Shown in pieces: positions 37,483 to 47,686 of a stretch of 64,000 nt of DNA. Position numbers and translations under genes: made by a program. Source of the stretch: an uncultured Candidatus Saccharibacteria bacterium (GTDB taxonomy: Bacteria; Patescibacteriota; Minisyncoccia; Phycocordibacterales; Zambryskibacteraceae); assembly GCA_964357635.1 (NCBI GenBank), contig CAYHLZ010000001.1, forward strand, positions 133,166-197,165. The letters are read 5' to 3'. The notes under the pieces were generated by a model. It ran no database searches, was not told the DNA's origin, and worked only from the letters and a program-made list of their open reading frames with translations. Position 1 is the first letter of the stretch. The number at the start of each line of letters is the position of its first letter.

Positions 37483-38342
37483 ATTTTTTCTATAACTCGT
37501 AACTTGGCACTTCGTGAACGCGGGTTTCTTTCCATCTCCTCCTTACTTGCTGTTATTGGTTTTATTCTCTTGCCAACCCTTCTTGCAGATCCTTCTTTTA
37601 TTCTGTCGCGGAAGAAGTTTTTTACTATCCTGTCTTCTCCGCTGTGGAAGGATATAACCACAAACCTTCCTTCTTCTTTTAGTACTCTGAAGCCTTTCTC
37701 TAAACCGTGCTCTAGGGCGGTGAGTTCGTCGTTGACCGCAATGCGCAAAGCTTGAAAGGTCTTAGTGGCAGGATGAATCTTGTCTCTGAAAGTTCTTGGT
37801 CTTACCTTAAGCACCGTATCTACGAGGTCAAAGGTGGTTTCAAATGGCTTTCTTTGCCTCCTTAGAACAATTTCTCTTGCAATTTTTTTTGAGAATTTTT
37901 CTTCCCCAAAACCACGTAAGACCACCTCAAGCGCAGATTCGTCCCAAGAGTTGAGTAAATCTTTTGCCATGATCCCTTCAGCCGACATGCGCATATCTAG
38001 CGGTTCATCTCTAAGAAAAGAGAATCCCTTACCCGAGTGTTCTAGTTGGTCACTAGATATCCCGAGGTCAAAAAGAATGGCGTCAACTTCTCCGACAGAG
38101 AGTTTTTTCAAAACTTGGTCAAGGTTCCTGAAACTTTCTTGTCTTGTTTCTATCCCCAACTCTTGGGCGTGAAGAACCGCATCTCTGTCACGATCTAGTC
38201 CAACGATTTTTACTTTCGGAAAGCGCCGCAACACTTCCCGAGAGTGTCCGCCTCCGCCAATGGTAGCGTCGAGGAAGATTTCTCCGTTTTCTAGATCAAG
38301 AGCACTAATTGTTTCCTGTAAAAGAACGCTTATATGGATCAT
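37479..38342 (-). CDS. rsmH: 16S rRNA m4C1402 methyltransferase
   Basis: HISVLL, DATIGGGGHS, DLGISS, PLDMRM, FQALRIAVN, NPRSRSAKLR. Confidence 0.96.
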   Translation of the reverse strand: MIHISVLLQETISALDLENGEIFLDATIGGGGHSREVLRRFPKVKIVGLDRDRDAVLHAQELGIETRQESFRNLDQVLKKLSVGEVDAILFDLGISSDQLEHSGKGFSFLRDEPLDMRMSAEGIMAKDLLNSWDESALEVVLRGFGEEKFSKKIAREIVLRRQRKPFETTFDLVDTVLKVRPRTFRDKIHPATKTFQALRIAVNDELTALEHGLEKGFRVLKEEGRFVVISFHSGEDRIVKNFFRDRIKEGSARRVGKRIKPITASKEEMERNPRSRSAKLRVIEKI

Positions 38343-38343
38343 T

Positions 38344-38775
38344 TCACTTTAGAGAAACTGTGCCCAGTTTCTCAGCCATCATGTCAGCTTGGGACTCAAT
38401 CTTTCTTTTGTAGGCATCCCAACGTTTCTTGTTCCAGATTTCAATGCGGTCATGGACACCGGCAAAGATTACTGGACTTAGAAGTTCCGCAAACTCTCGG
38501 AGATAGTCTGGGATAAGGATTCTACCCATAGAGTCAACATCTATCTCGGATGCGCCACTAAACATAAAGCGAGTGAAGCCTCTGGCATCGGCACGCCAGC
38601 CAAGTTTTGCCATCTCCTTGGAATTTGCCTCCCAAGTTTTTTGGGGAAAGAGAAAGAGACAATTATCTAAGCCTCGAGTAACAACCACTTTCTTACCAAG
38701 TTCCTTACGGAACTTGGCTGGCAGTGAGATTCTATTTTTGTCATCTACTGTGTGTTTATACTCGCCGATTAGCAT
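38344..38775 (-). CDS. mraZ: Transcriptional regulator MraZ
   Basis: MLIGEYKHTVDDKNRISLP, DSMGRILIP, IEIW. Confidence 0.95.
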   Translation of the reverse strand: MLIGEYKHTVDDKNRISLPAKFRKELGKKVVVTRGLDNCLFLFPQKTWEANSKEMAKLGWRADARGFTRFMFSGASEIDVDSMGRILIPDYLREFAELLSPVIFAGVHDRIEIWNKKRWDAYKRKIESQADMMAEKLGTVSLK

Positions 38776-38785
38776 AATAGTTTGT

Positions 38786-38866
38786 TTCCCACTCTTTCCC
38801 ACCTGACTGAAAGTATATCCCACCACTTGCCACACTACTACCAAAGTTATCCACTTTCTATCCACA
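38786..38866 (-). promoter_or_regulatory. MraZ-binding GTGG direct-repeat array
   Basis: Repeated GTGG(G/A/T/C) at about 10-bp spacing upstream of mraZ. Confidence 0.75.
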
Positions 38867-38896
38867 CGTGCCTCATGAGAATGCTAATATAAAGCT

Positions 38897-39532
38897 ATGA
38901 ATAGCCCTAAAAAAGGAAAAACTATTTTTATTTTTTCCATATTTTTTGTTGTTTTAATTGTCTTTTTATATTTTATGTTTACTGGAAATAAAAATATAAA
39001 AAATTATCCCTCAGAAGGCGAAGACATTATTGCTTTTGGAGATAGTTTGGTGGAAGGAGTGGGTGCCTCAAGTGAAGAGAATAATTTTGTTTCACTTCTG
39101 GGAGAAAAAATTGGAAAACCAATTATAAATCTTGGTGTCTCCGGTAATACCACAGAAGATGGACTGGAGCGTCTTAATGAGCTTGATGAATATAATCCTA
39201 AAATAGTTTTACTTCTTTTGGGTGGCAACGATCATCTTAAAAAAGTTCCAAGAGAAACCACATTCCAAAATTTGGGAAAAATAATAGAAAACATCCAAGC
39301 CAGAGGTGCGGTAGTTATCCTCTTGGGTGTGAGGGGCAATCTCTTTGTAGACGGTTTTGACGAAGAGTTTGAAAAGCTAGAGAGTAAGTACAAGACAGCT
39401 TATGTCTCTGATGTTTTAGACGGACTCTTTAACAACACTAAGTATATGTCAGATGTCATACACCCAAACGATCTTGGGTATGAAAAAATTGCTTTGCGAA
39501 TCTATCCAGTATTACTAGAAGTTTTAGAATAA
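38897..39532 (+). CDS. SGNH/GDSL esterase (TesA-like)
   Basis: FGDSL, NLGVSG, GGND, DVIHPN. Confidence 0.9.
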   Translation: MNSPKKGKTIFIFSIFFVVLIVFLYFMFTGNKNIKNYPSEGEDIIAFGDSLVEGVGASSEENNFVSLLGEKIGKPIINLGVSGNTTEDGLERLNELDEYNPKIVLLLLGGNDHLKKVPRETTFQNLGKIIENIQARGAVVILLGVRGNLFVDGFDEEFEKLESKYKTAYVSDVLDGLFNNTKYMSDVIHPNDLGYEKIALRIYPVLLEVLE

Positions 39533-39533
39533 A

Positions 39534-41495
39534 CTAAACATCAAGGACTGCTTTCTTGGCGTTAGATTGGATAAAACTTTTTCTTGACGGCACATCACTA
39601 CCCATAAGGACATCAAAGATACGATCTGCTTCCCTTCCATCTTCCACCGTGACCTGTTTCAAGACTCGTGCCTCTGGGTTCATGGTGGTTTCCCAAAGTT
39701 CTTCAGAATTCATTTCTCCCAAACCTTTGTAACGCTGGATGTCTGCACCGGAGACAGTTTTTGCATCCTTCTCTTTGTCGGAATAGGCATAAATAATTTC
39801 CTTACCTTTCTTAATTTTATAGAGCGGTGGTTGCGCTATGTAGACATGTCCGGCATCAACGAGAGGGCGGAAAAATCTATAAAGAAGCGTCAGTAACAAA
39901 GTTCTAATGTGTGCACCGTCCACATCAGCATCGGTGGCAATAATAATTTTATGATATCTAAGTTTTGTAATATCAAAGGTATCCCCTATGGCTGTACCAA
40001 AGGCCACTACCAAGTTTTTTATCTGTTCACTGGCAAGCATTTTATCAAGGCGGGCTCGTTCAATGTTTAAAATCTTACCGCGTAGTGGCAGGATGGCTTG
40101 AATGCGTCTGTCTCTTCCCATCTTGGCAGTACCACCCGCCGAGTCTCCCTCTACAATAAAAAGCTCTGACTCTTCTGCTGAACGCGACTGGCAGTCTGCA
40201 AGTTTACCTGGAAGAGTCATGCCTTCAAGTGCACCCTTACGCAAAACAGAATCTTTGGCTGCCTTTGCCGCCTTTCTCGCTTTAAGGGCCAACACTACTT
40301 TCTGGATAACACTCCTTGCATCATCTGGGTTTTCTTCTAGGAAGTTTGAGAAAGCGTCTCCGAAAACGCTTGTTACCATGCTCTGCGCCTCAACGCTACC
40401 GAGTTTAGACTTGGTTTGTCCCTCAAATTGAATTTCACGTAATTTTATTGAAATTACCGCTGTCAGACCTTCAAGAACGTCGTCTCCAGTGAAATTATCC
40501 TCTTTTTCACTTACCAGATTATTTTTGCGGGCATAAGTATTTAGGCTTCTCGTTAAAGCTGTTTTGAAACCCGTGACGTGAGTACCCCCTTCAGCGGTAT
40601 AAATGTTGTTGGCAAAAGGCAGGATTCTAGAAGAAATGTCATCAACATACTGAAGCGAAACCTCAACCGTTTCGTAATCATTACCATTGGCCTTCTTTTC
40701 AACATAGAAAATATTTTTGTGTATCGGCTTGGAGTGCTCGTTTTCAAATCGCACCAAGGATACAAGCCCTCCTTCAAAATAAAAAGACATTGATGGAGTA
40801 TCAAGTCCCAACTCTCTCATATAGAAGACTTTAGAATCATCTACCTTCGCTATCTCTCTTGCGTCTAAAACAGAAATACGAAGACCCTTTACTAAATAAG
40901 CTTGCTGGCGAAGATGGTTGGCAATGCGGTCAAAGTTAAAGTTGGTGTCTGGGAAAATGGCGGAGTCTGGTTGAAAAGTGATAATAGTGCCGTTAAGTTT
41001 TGAGCTACCAATCTTTTTAACGGCGCTTTTACGTTTACCTTGGCTGTATTCTTGCATAAAGACACCACCGTCTCTGTGCACCTCTGCCTTGCAGTATATT
41101 GACAAGGCGTTCACCACGGAACCACCAACACCATGGAGTCCGCCGGATATCTTGTATCCCTCACCACCAAACTTTCCTCCCGCGTGCAAGGTTGTCATGA
41201 TAGTCTCAAGAGCAGAAACTTTTGTTTGCTTGTGGGTATCAACTGGGATACCTCTGCCGTTGTCTGCCACTCGTACCCTGTTTCCTGGCATCAAGGTAAT
41301 CTCTATGTTATTGGCAAAGCCACCCATGGCTTCGTCCCTAGAGTTGTCAAATATCTCCGTTACCAAGTGGTGAAGACCATCTGGTCCGGTGGTACCAATA
41401 TACATACCCGGTCGCTTGCGGACCGGTTCTAGACCCTCTAGAACTGTGATAGATTCAGCACTGTAATTGCCACTAGTTTTGACTGGTTTCGGCAT
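39534..41495 (-). CDS. gyrB: DNA gyrase subunit B
   Basis: RKRPGMYIG, GGLHGVG, VEGDSAGG, PLRGKILN, TDADVDG, QRYKGLGEM. Confidence 0.97.
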   Translation of the reverse strand: MPKPVKTSGNYSAESITVLEGLEPVRKRPGMYIGTTGPDGLHHLVTEIFDNSRDEAMGGFANNIEITLMPGNRVRVADNGRGIPVDTHKQTKVSALETIMTTLHAGGKFGGEGYKISGGLHGVGGSVVNALSIYCKAEVHRDGGVFMQEYSQGKRKSAVKKIGSSKLNGTIITFQPDSAIFPDTNFNFDRIANHLRQQAYLVKGLRISVLDAREIAKVDDSKVFYMRELGLDTPSMSFYFEGGLVSLVRFENEHSKPIHKNIFYVEKKANGNDYETVEVSLQYVDDISSRILPFANNIYTAEGGTHVTGFKTALTRSLNTYARKNNLVSEKEDNFTGDDVLEGLTAVISIKLREIQFEGQTKSKLGSVEAQSMVTSVFGDAFSNFLEENPDDARSVIQKVVLALKARKAAKAAKDSVLRKGALEGMTLPGKLADCQSRSAEESELFIVEGDSAGGTAKMGRDRRIQAILPLRGKILNIERARLDKMLASEQIKNLVVAFGTAIGDTFDITKLRYHKIIIATDADVDGAHIRTLLLTLLYRFFRPLVDAGHVYIAQPPLYKIKKGKEIIYAYSDKEKDAKTVSGADIQRYKGLGEMNSEELWETTMNPEARVLKQVTVEDGREADRIFDVLMGSDVPSRKSFIQSNAKKAVLDV

Positions 41496-41564
41496 CTGTT
41501 TTTACTATTTTCTATAAGCCCATTTTAGCATAAATAGGCTTTAAAAGAAAGGACTTTTTGGGGA

Positions 41565-42719
41565 TTAGACCCTGCGAATTTCGGCTCTAAAATCAGCCAC
41601 AGTCTTGTCTTCTAATCCAGCGTGCAAGGTGTTAACTTCTGCATTGGTTAAAGTTCTCTCTAGGCTCCTATAAGTGATACGGAAGGTATAACTTAACTTC
41701 CCTTCTCCGAACTTTTTATCATTCTCAAATTTGTCTAAAAGAAGAACTTCTTCCGCAAAATCGCCAAGGTGGTCTCGAATTAAGTCAAAATAATTGTTCG
41801 GGATAAAGCTTTTAGGAACAACAAAAGAGATGTCACGGACGACTGGTGGGAACTTAGAAACCTCTTTAAACTTGTTACCAAGCTTTAACTGCTTCAGGAC
41901 CCGCTCGTCTTCTGACCAGAGAAGTCTAATATCCGGTAGATCCATGGAAGCGATTGCCAAACGCTCAAGACCAAAGCCGAATGCCCAGCCGTTGTAACCC
42001 TCCAGTCCAAAGTTTGATAAAACAGTCTTTCTCGGCAGACCAGAACCAAGCATTTCCATCCAGTTACCATTGATTTTTGCCTCCATCTCAAAACTTGGAT
42101 CAGTATAAGGAAAGTTGTGATCATAGAATCGGAATTCAACTTTATCTCCAAATATGTTTCTAGCAATTTCACTTAGAACATTTTTAAGATCTTCCGGAGT
42201 TACCTTTTGTTTTGAATCAGGAGCAAGATATAGTCCACCTATCTGATGGAAGACGTTCATGTGTTTCCTGTCAATCTCGTCTTTGCGATAAACTTTACCG
42301 TAACAGATTACCCCCAAAGATTCTTTATTCTCAATTTTCTCCTTAATTTCTGGATGATTAAGAAAGTAGTACCACATAACTGTGTCATGAGTGCGCAAGA
42401 TGAAATCATCGTTTACATAATATGTATCTGATTTACTTCTTGCGGGATGTCCTACTGGCATGTTGAAAAGGTCAAAAGTAACTTGAGTTGGCACTATTTC
42501 AGGAATTTTAATAACATCAAAACCCTTTAAACCTGCTGTTTTTAGGGTTTTTTCTACAATCTCATGAAGTGGACTTCCTTGGGTACGCGAAAGGTCTTTC
42601 ATGTTTAAAAACCGCCTTAGGCGCTCTGATTCTGGGTCTTTCTTCTTCCCCAGCTCTTTCAAAAGCTTCTTTTCCTCCTCTGATTCAATGATTATAGTTT
42701 CGTGCATGTAATCACTCAT
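41565..42719 (-). CDS. pheS: Single-subunit (mitochondrial-type) phenylalanyl-tRNA synthetase
   Basis: Alpha catalytic core (HPARSKSDTYY, YRKDEID..H..FHQ, FPYTDPSFE, GWAFGFGLERLA, DIRLLW) fused to an FDX-ACB domain (SKFPPVVRDISF..YRSLERTLT). Confidence 0.9.
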   Translation of the reverse strand: MSDYMHETIIIESEEEKKLLKELGKKKDPESERLRRFLNMKDLSRTQGSPLHEIVEKTLKTAGLKGFDVIKIPEIVPTQVTFDLFNMPVGHPARSKSDTYYVNDDFILRTHDTVMWYYFLNHPEIKEKIENKESLGVICYGKVYRKDEIDRKHMNVFHQIGGLYLAPDSKQKVTPEDLKNVLSEIARNIFGDKVEFRFYDHNFPYTDPSFEMEAKINGNWMEMLGSGLPRKTVLSNFGLEGYNGWAFGFGLERLAIASMDLPDIRLLWSEDERVLKQLKLGNKFKEVSKFPPVVRDISFVVPKSFIPNNYFDLIRDHLGDFAEEVLLLDKFENDKKFGEGKLSYTFRITYRSLERTLTNAEVNTLHAGLEDKTVADFRAEIRRV

Positions 42720-42784
42720 TATACGAAAAAAGCTTGAAAAAGTCTAAATAAGCCTATACAATCTAGCAATTGTAGTTTCAAGTC

Positions 42785-44023
42785 ATGGACATCCAAGATA
42801 TTATTTTATACGTCTCGCTCTTTATCTCTCTCTTTTTTGAGGTTTTTCTTTTGATTACTTATCTCGAAGTGCGCGAGGAGCTTGTTTTGGAAAAAAGACA
42901 TCTTGCTAAAGATATAAAACAGTTTCCAACGGTAAGCATTATTGTGCCATGTTTCAATGAGGAAAAAACAGTTGTCTCCACCTTAGAGTCACTTCTCAAG
43001 CTTGATTATCCTAAAGAAAAACTTTCTATCATTGTTGTGGACGATGGCTCAACTGATAACACGGCCGAAGAACTTCTTAAATTTAAAGAGCACTCTCAAA
43101 TCAGTATTTTGTCTAAAACGAATGGTGGTAAGCACACAGCGCTTAATTTTGCTCTAGAGAAGATAAATACTGACTTAGTTGGATGTCTTGATGCTGATTC
43201 TTTTGTTAATCCCGACGCGTTAAAAAAGATTATTCCCTTCTTTGATGATCTGGATATTAAGGCTGTTACCCCGTCTATCAAGGTATTTGAGCCTAAAAGC
43301 GTCTTACAATATGTGCAAAAGATTGAATACAGCTGGGGAATATTCTTGCGCCGAATGCTCTCATCTTTAGGGGCACTCTATATTACCCCTGGGCCATTCT
43401 CAATTTTTCGCACCCAAGTGTTCAAAAGTCTCGGTGGATATGTGCACGGGCACCACACGGAAGATTTGGAAATGGCCCTACGTCTTCAGAAAAATCGCTA
43501 CAAAATTGTTAACTCTCATGGTGCGCATGTCTATACCTCTACCCCAGCGCAACTCCAGGGACTTTTTAAGCAAAGAGTTCGTTGGACATACGGTTTTCTA
43601 AATAACGCTATAGATTACCGAGAAATGTTCTTTAATAAAAAATATGGCAATATTGGCTTCTTTATTCTCCCTATCGCGACCGTCTCAATTTTCACTGTTC
43701 TATACACTGTTGGCAATGTAGTCTGGAACAGTCTGTCCAGGGTTTTTGACGCAGTAATCAGATATCGTACTGTTGGCATAAGTTGGGAATTCCCTTCTTT
43801 TGATTGGTATTTTCTCAATACCAATGTTACGGCAATTCTTGCCATAAGTGCTATCATATTTACTTTTGTGATTCTTTACCTCTCAATCAAGATGGCTGAC
43901 GGTAAAGCCAAGTTCTCAAAAGGCGTTTTCTATTATCTGGTACTCTACATTTTCCTAGTGCCCTTGTGGTTGACCAAAGCACTGTTTAACACCATTTTTA
44001 AGAGACAAATCAGCTGGAGATGA
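42785..44023 (+). CDS. Family 2 processive glycosyltransferase (IcaA/PgaC-like)
   Basis: PCFNEE, DDGSTD, DAD, TED, QRVRW. Confidence 0.9.
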   Translation: MDIQDIILYVSLFISLFFEVFLLITYLEVREELVLEKRHLAKDIKQFPTVSIIVPCFNEEKTVVSTLESLLKLDYPKEKLSIIVVDDGSTDNTAEELLKFKEHSQISILSKTNGGKHTALNFALEKINTDLVGCLDADSFVNPDALKKIIPFFDDLDIKAVTPSIKVFEPKSVLQYVQKIEYSWGIFLRRMLSSLGALYITPGPFSIFRTQVFKSLGGYVHGHHTEDLEMALRLQKNRYKIVNSHGAHVYTSTPAQLQGLFKQRVRWTYGFLNNAIDYREMFFNKKYGNIGFFILPIATVSIFTVLYTVGNVVWNSLSRVFDAVIRYRTVGISWEFPSFDWYFLNTNVTAILAISAIIFTFVILYLSIKMADGKAKFSKGVFYYLVLYIFLVPLWLTKALFNTIFKRQISWR

Positions 44024-44721
44024 TGGATTCAAAGAAGTACATCGTGGCGTTTCTTATCACTGCTGTTATCTTTGGCACTGCTATTTTTGTATCCAACATC
44101 CTGAATCAGAAAAAACTGGAAGATGTTCGTGTCATAGAAAACCGCGTAGCATTAGACATCCTCTCTTCAGAAACACAATTTGCTCTTCTTGAAGAGACTT
44201 CTTGTTCAGATATTGGCCCAGGATTTCTATCTAAAGAACTTGGTTCTCTCGGAGAGAAACTTACTTATGCAGAAAATCAGACCGACCTTATAAGTGCCGA
44301 CCTTGAATATCTTAAACGCTCTTATTTCTTACTTGAAATTAAGGATTACCTCTTGATGAAGCGTCTGACAGAGAAATGTGGTATTAAACCAACTTTTATC
44401 CTCTATTTTTATTCAACTGAAAGTTCTTGTGATGATTGCGAGAGAATGGGCTATGTTCTGACTGCTATGCGGGATAAATATCCAGATCTTCGAGTATATT
44501 CATTTGACTACAACTTTGATGTTGGTGCCATAAACACCCTTGTTTCCATATATAAAATTGAGCCAAATCTGCCTGCCATGATTATTAACTCCGATCCATA
44601 TTACGGCTTCTATTCTATTGAAGACCTAGAAACCAAGGTGCCTGCCATACAAAGACTTGCGACAACCCGCACCAAGGCTCTTAAAGAAGCCACCTCAACT
44701 CTAGAAACCCCCACTAACTGA
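44020..44721 (+). CDS. Membrane-anchored protein with CxxC thioredoxin-like domain
   Basis: N-terminal TM; ILYFYS..CDDC..GYVL..VYSFD. Confidence 0.65.
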   Translation: MMDSKKYIVAFLITAVIFGTAIFVSNILNQKKLEDVRVIENRVALDILSSETQFALLEETSCSDIGPGFLSKELGSLGEKLTYAENQTDLISADLEYLKRSYFLLEIKDYLLMKRLTEKCGIKPTFILYFYSTESSCDDCERMGYVLTAMRDKYPDLRVYSFDYNFDVGAINTLVSIYKIEPNLPAMIINSDPYYGFYSIEDLETKVPAIQRLATTRTKALKEATSTLETPTN

Positions 44722-44793
44722 GCCACCTCCCGGGCTTGAACCGGGGACCTTTACTTTACAAAAGTATTGCTCTACCAACTGAGCTAAGGTGGC
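44721..44793 (-). tRNA. tRNA-Thr(TGT)
   Basis: GCCACCTTAGCTCAGTTGGTAGAGC...TTTGTAA...GGTTCAAGCC...AGGTGGC. Confidence 0.92.
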
Positions 44794-44821
44794 AATGTCC
44801 CGCTATAGCGCGGACGGACTT

Positions 44822-45247
44822 CTACTTTAACTCTTTTTTGTCTTCTTGAGAACTATCTGGGTAAACTTCGTTTACCTCGCCATTCCCCTTCTCTACATCA
44901 GACATATTCTTAAAAAACTCTGATATGCCGTCAGGTTTTTTTAAGAGTCTTGAGTCTCTCATGTTTCCGACATACTGCTCCCTTTTTTCCTTAATGAAAG
45001 AAATTAATTTATTTAATAGATTTCTTGAGCGTATAGGAACTTGTTTTTTAAGGAGAAACCAACTCTTCTCCTTGCTATCTGAATATAAATGCACCATCCT
45101 GTGGTAAAGAGAACGAACATGGATATCGCCACTTGAGATTAGAGTTAGAACGAAGAAAGGTTTTCTTCGTTTTCTCTCTAAACTCTTAGCAGAAAGAAGA
45201 GTTAAGATGGCGAGCCCGGAGACAGTGAATATTGCTATCAATGTCAT
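44822..45247 (-). CDS. Hypothetical membrane-anchored protein
   Basis: N-terminal TM and basic helix; downstream of tsf. Confidence 0.65.
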   Translation of the reverse strand: MTLIAIFTVSGLAILTLLSAKSLERKRRKPFFVLTLISSGDIHVRSLYHRMVHLYSDSKEKSWFLLKKQVPIRSRNLLNKLISFIKEKREQYVGNMRDSRLLKKPDGISEFFKNMSDVEKGNGEVNEVYPDSSQEDKKELK

Positions 45248-45260
45248 TTTTGATTTTTTC

Positions 45261-45713
45261 TTAGTCTAAAGAAAAACGCACGAAGCGTCCCACCTCGGTT
45301 CTCTCACCAAATTTCTGAACGGTGTTGCTTATAAGGTCACTTACTTTTAGTGACGGGTCCTTGATAAATGGTTGTTCTAGAAGTTCTTTGGTATCAGAAG
45401 GCTTCATGGCAGCAATGTGCATACCAATATCACGAGCCACTGATTTAAATTCAGGATTTTTAGAAACGAAATCCGTTTCGCACAGAAGCTCAAGCATTAC
45501 TCCCACCTTTTCTCCGGTGTGAATATAAGAAGCGACAACGCCTGCGCCTAGGGTGCGGTCACCTTTTTTGCGAGCGATTTCATTGCCTTTCTTTTTAAGT
45601 AGTTCTATTGCCTTACTTTTGTCTCCCTTAGCCTCTTCAAGCGCCTTTTGGCACTGCATTACAGAAAGACCAGTTTCCTCGCGTAGGGCTTTTATTTCCT
45701 TTGTGGTTATCAT
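45261..45713 (-). CDS. tsf: Elongation factor Ts (short form)
   Basis: IKALREETG, CQKAL, ELLCETDFV; 150 aa. Confidence 0.95.
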   Translation of the reverse strand: MITTKEIKALREETGLSVMQCQKALEEAKGDKSKAIELLKKKGNEIARKKGDRTLGAGVVASYIHTGEKVGVMLELLCETDFVSKNPEFKSVARDIGMHIAAMKPSDTKELLEQPFIKDPSLKVSDLISNTVQKFGERTEVGRFVRFSLD

Positions 45714-45715
45714 TT

Positions 45716-46456
45716 TTATTCAGATTTAGCTGCCTCAAGGTTCGCCTGATCCCTTCCTCTTTTATATGCGGATACAATTTCTTGAATTATGAAACCAATG
45801 CTCTGTCTTGAGGAATCATTGCCAGGGATGACATAATCAAGTTCGTATAAATTGGAATCGGAGCTAGCCAGTGCTACTACAGGAATTCTCATCTTACGAG
45901 CTTCTGCAACAGCGATGTATTCTTTCTTCGGATCCATGACTACTAAAACTTTTGGTAAAGATTTTAGAGTGCTTAGACCTCCAAAATAAAGAGAAAGTTT
46001 CTCTATATCACGATCAAAGAGCAGGCGTTCCTTTTTGGTATATTTGCCAAGTTCCCCCTTCTCTCTTTGAGTTGTGAGTTCTTCTAGTCTCGCTATACGC
46101 TTTTTAATCTCGCCAAAATTAGAGAGAGTACCACCAATCCAGCGTCCTGCGACAAACGGCATTTCAAGCTCGCGACCTGCCTTCCTGACCGCTTCTCTTG
46201 CCTCACTTTTGCCTCCAACCCAAAGGACAAGCACCTTTTCCCTACCCTTGCCTTCTACGAAGGCGAGAGCCTTCTCAAGTTCCTTGCTGGTCTTGGTGAG
46301 GTCAAATATTTCTATGTTGTTTTTGGAGCCAAGAATAAATGGTTTTGCTGAAGGGTGTCGGCGGGATTTGACGAAGCCGAAATGAGCCCCAACAGAAAAG
46401 AGCGCGTCCACTACGCTACCTTTATTACTATTTTTAGTTTCCTTTGTTTTTTCCAT
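45716..46456 (-). CDS. rpsB: 30S ribosomal protein S2
   Basis: GAHFG, RWIGGTLSNF, AVAEARKMRIPV, IPGND. Confidence 0.96.
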   Translation of the reverse strand: MEKTKETKNSNKGSVVDALFSVGAHFGFVKSRRHPSAKPFILGSKNNIEIFDLTKTSKELEKALAFVEGKGREKVLVLWVGGKSEAREAVRKAGRELEMPFVAGRWIGGTLSNFGEIKKRIARLEELTTQREKGELGKYTKKERLLFDRDIEKLSLYFGGLSTLKSLPKVLVVMDPKKEYIAVAEARKMRIPVVALASSDSNLYELDYVIPGNDSSRQSIGFIIQEIVSAYKRGRDQANLEAAKSE

Positions 46457-46488
46457 ACAGGTTAGAGATTTTAGCAGAAAATAAGAAC

Positions 46489-47385
46489 TTAGACAATAGG
46501 CTCACCATACCCTTTTAATGAATCTAATATTGGCTCTATTTCTCCACCCAAAATTTTTTCAATATTGTGCCAAGATTTTTTAATCCGATGGTCAGTTACT
46601 CGGTCTTGAAGAATGTTGTAGGTTCTGATTTTTTCCGAACGATCAGCTGTTCCAATCTGAGTCTTTCGGTTGAGAGAGTGCTTGGCGGCCTCTTCTTCTT
46701 CTTTCATCATTTCAAGCTTTGCCGAAAGGATGCGCATAGCATTCTCACGGTTTTTGAGCTGACTTCGCTCGGCGGTGGAACGAACGTCAATACCAGTAGG
46801 TTTATGAATTATTCTTACTGCAGTTTCAACCTTATTGACATTTTGTCCTCCTGCTCCGCCTGAACGAGAAAACTCTATCTCAAGGTCGGTCGGCTTAATT
46901 TCCATCTTAACTTTTTTCCTTATTGGCAAGATGGCAACCGAGGCGGTGGAAGTGTGTACTCTACCCATCTTCTCTGTTTCTGGCACTCTCTGGATACGGT
47001 GAACTCCTGTCTCAAAACGCAATTTCTCAAATACTCCTTCACCCCTGATTTCTATTGCTGCTTCTTTGTATCCACCCAAGGAACTTTCTGAGGTATATAA
47101 AATTCTTGAACCCCAATTTCTTAAACCAGCGTACATGATGTACATGTCAGAAAGCTCTTTAGCAAAGAGGGATGCCTCTTCCCCACCGGCACCGGCGCGA
47201 ACTTCTAAGATAATTTCATTTGGAAAAGCATCATTTTCAGGCACTTTTTCGACAGAGAGTATTTTCTCCATTTCCTCAAGCATCATTTCTCTTGATTCTT
47301 TATCTTCTGGCGGTAGTCGCAAAAAAGCTTGCGCTAAATACGCTGTTTTAGGGTTATTTTTGTATTTTTCTATATCAAAACTCAC
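46489..47385 (-). CDS. prfA: Peptide chain release factor 1, N-terminally shortened
   Basis: [25 protein letters not shown] (PxT), [12 protein letters not shown]. Confidence 0.9.
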   Translation of the reverse strand: MSFDIEKYKNNPKTAYLAQAFLRLPPEDKESREMMLEEMEKILSVEKVPENDAFPNEIILEVRAGAGGEEASLFAKELSDMYIMYAGLRNWGSRILYTSESSLGGYKEAAIEIRGEGVFEKLRFETGVHRIQRVPETEKMGRVHTSTASVAILPIRKKVKMEIKPTDLEIEFSRSGGAGGQNVNKVETAVRIIHKPTGIDVRSTAERSQLKNRENAMRILSAKLEMMKEEEEAAKHSLNRKTQIGTADRSEKIRTYNILQDRVTDHRIKKSWHNIEKILGGEIEPILDSLKGYGEPIV

Positions 47386-47663
47386 TTCTTCTTTGCTTTG
47401 GCTTGTCCCGCCGCGGCGGTGGCGCGCTTCTCTTTGAAGCGTTCAACTCTACCGGCAGTGTCAAGAATTTTCTCTTGACCAGTATAAAACGGATGCGTAG
47501 CAGACGATATTTCAACACTAAAGAGAGGGTAGTCTTTTTTATCCTTTTTAGACTTTTGAGTTTCCTTGGTTACAACCGTAGAAGGAATGATAAATTCAGT
47601 GCCGTTTGAGTTATCAACAAAAAGCACTGGTCTATAGTTCTTTGGGTGGATATCTTTTTTCAT
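47382..47663 (-). CDS. rpmE2: 50S ribosomal protein L31 type B
   Basis: [28 protein letters not shown]; no Cys. Confidence 0.95.
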   Translation of the reverse strand: MKKDIHPKNYRPVLFVDNSNGTEFIIPSTVVTKETQKSKKDKKDYPLFSVEISSATHPFYTGQEKILDTAGRVERFKEKRATAAAGQAKAKKK

Positions 47664-47686
47664 AGAAAGCCTATTCTAGCGCCAAA

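Noticed and set aside
38786-38866. Novel periodic repeat or mini-CRISPR
   Set aside because: Explained by known MraZ-binding GTGG repeats.
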